IMG/VR virus record: IMGVR_UViG_3300023081_000014
Coordinates: 1,898-65,897 of that record
Length of the DNA: 64,000 bases
Direction: 5' to 3' (one strand)
DNA from: a virus
Lineage: Duplodnaviria; Caudoviricetes
Shown here: positions 64,000 through 64,000 of the stretch, piece after piece
How positions within the stretch are numbered: position 1 is the stretch's first letter
Layout: every line of letters starts with the position of its first letter
Position numbers and translations under genes: made by a program
Notes under the pieces: generated by a model
Database searches by the model: none
Told to the model about the DNA's origin: nothing
The model's input: only the letters and a program-made list of their open reading frames with translations

Positions 64000-64000
64000 T

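Noticed and set aside
1-64000. Stop-codon reassignment, tRNA/rRNA genes, CRISPR arrays, integrase or transposase
   Set aside because: Genes are intact and densely packed under the standard code; intergenic gaps are short and none showed such features by eye. A tRNAscan/Rfam run would confirm.

Overview
This AT-rich window is part of a large T4-like (myovirus-type) dsDNA phage genome. No tRNA, rRNA, CRISPR array or integrase was seen. The + strand (1-31182) is a late structural block: truncated baseplate hub, gp5/VgrG-like spike, gp25- and gp6-like wedge proteins, a 4648-aa multidomain virion protein and four paralogous tail fibres. The - strand (31226-64000) carries nucleotide metabolism genes (dCMP deaminase, thyX), a MoxR ATPase/VWA pair split by two nuclease-like genes, T4-type RNase H, family B DNA polymerase with a probable clamp, and modular Lys/Glu-rich probable head proteins. 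The main signal is a 7-deazaguanine locus (41.3-54.4 kb): queE with an unusual CX3CX49C motif, folE, yhhQ, a QueD-fold protein with the LxxxHRHxF motif I recall for DpdL, and a TGT/DpdA-like transglycosylase. These are interleaved with a GT-B glycosyltransferase, a class III aminotransferase, a 2OG-oxygenase-like protein, a purine PRTase, a HIT hydrolase and an MBD4-like glycosylase, while canonical queD, queC and queF are absent from the window. This may encode an uncharacterised, possibly glycosylated, guanine hypermodification (inference). Manual reading also found a 39-aa metallothionein-like ORF missed by the ORF track, a type-1-copper-like motif in the giant virion protein, near-duplicate promoter/leader cassettes on moxR and vwa, TAAATA-N5-ATG late promoters suggesting leaderless mRNAs, and a structured DNA polymerase leader. 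All functional calls come from motif recognition by eye; no searches were run.
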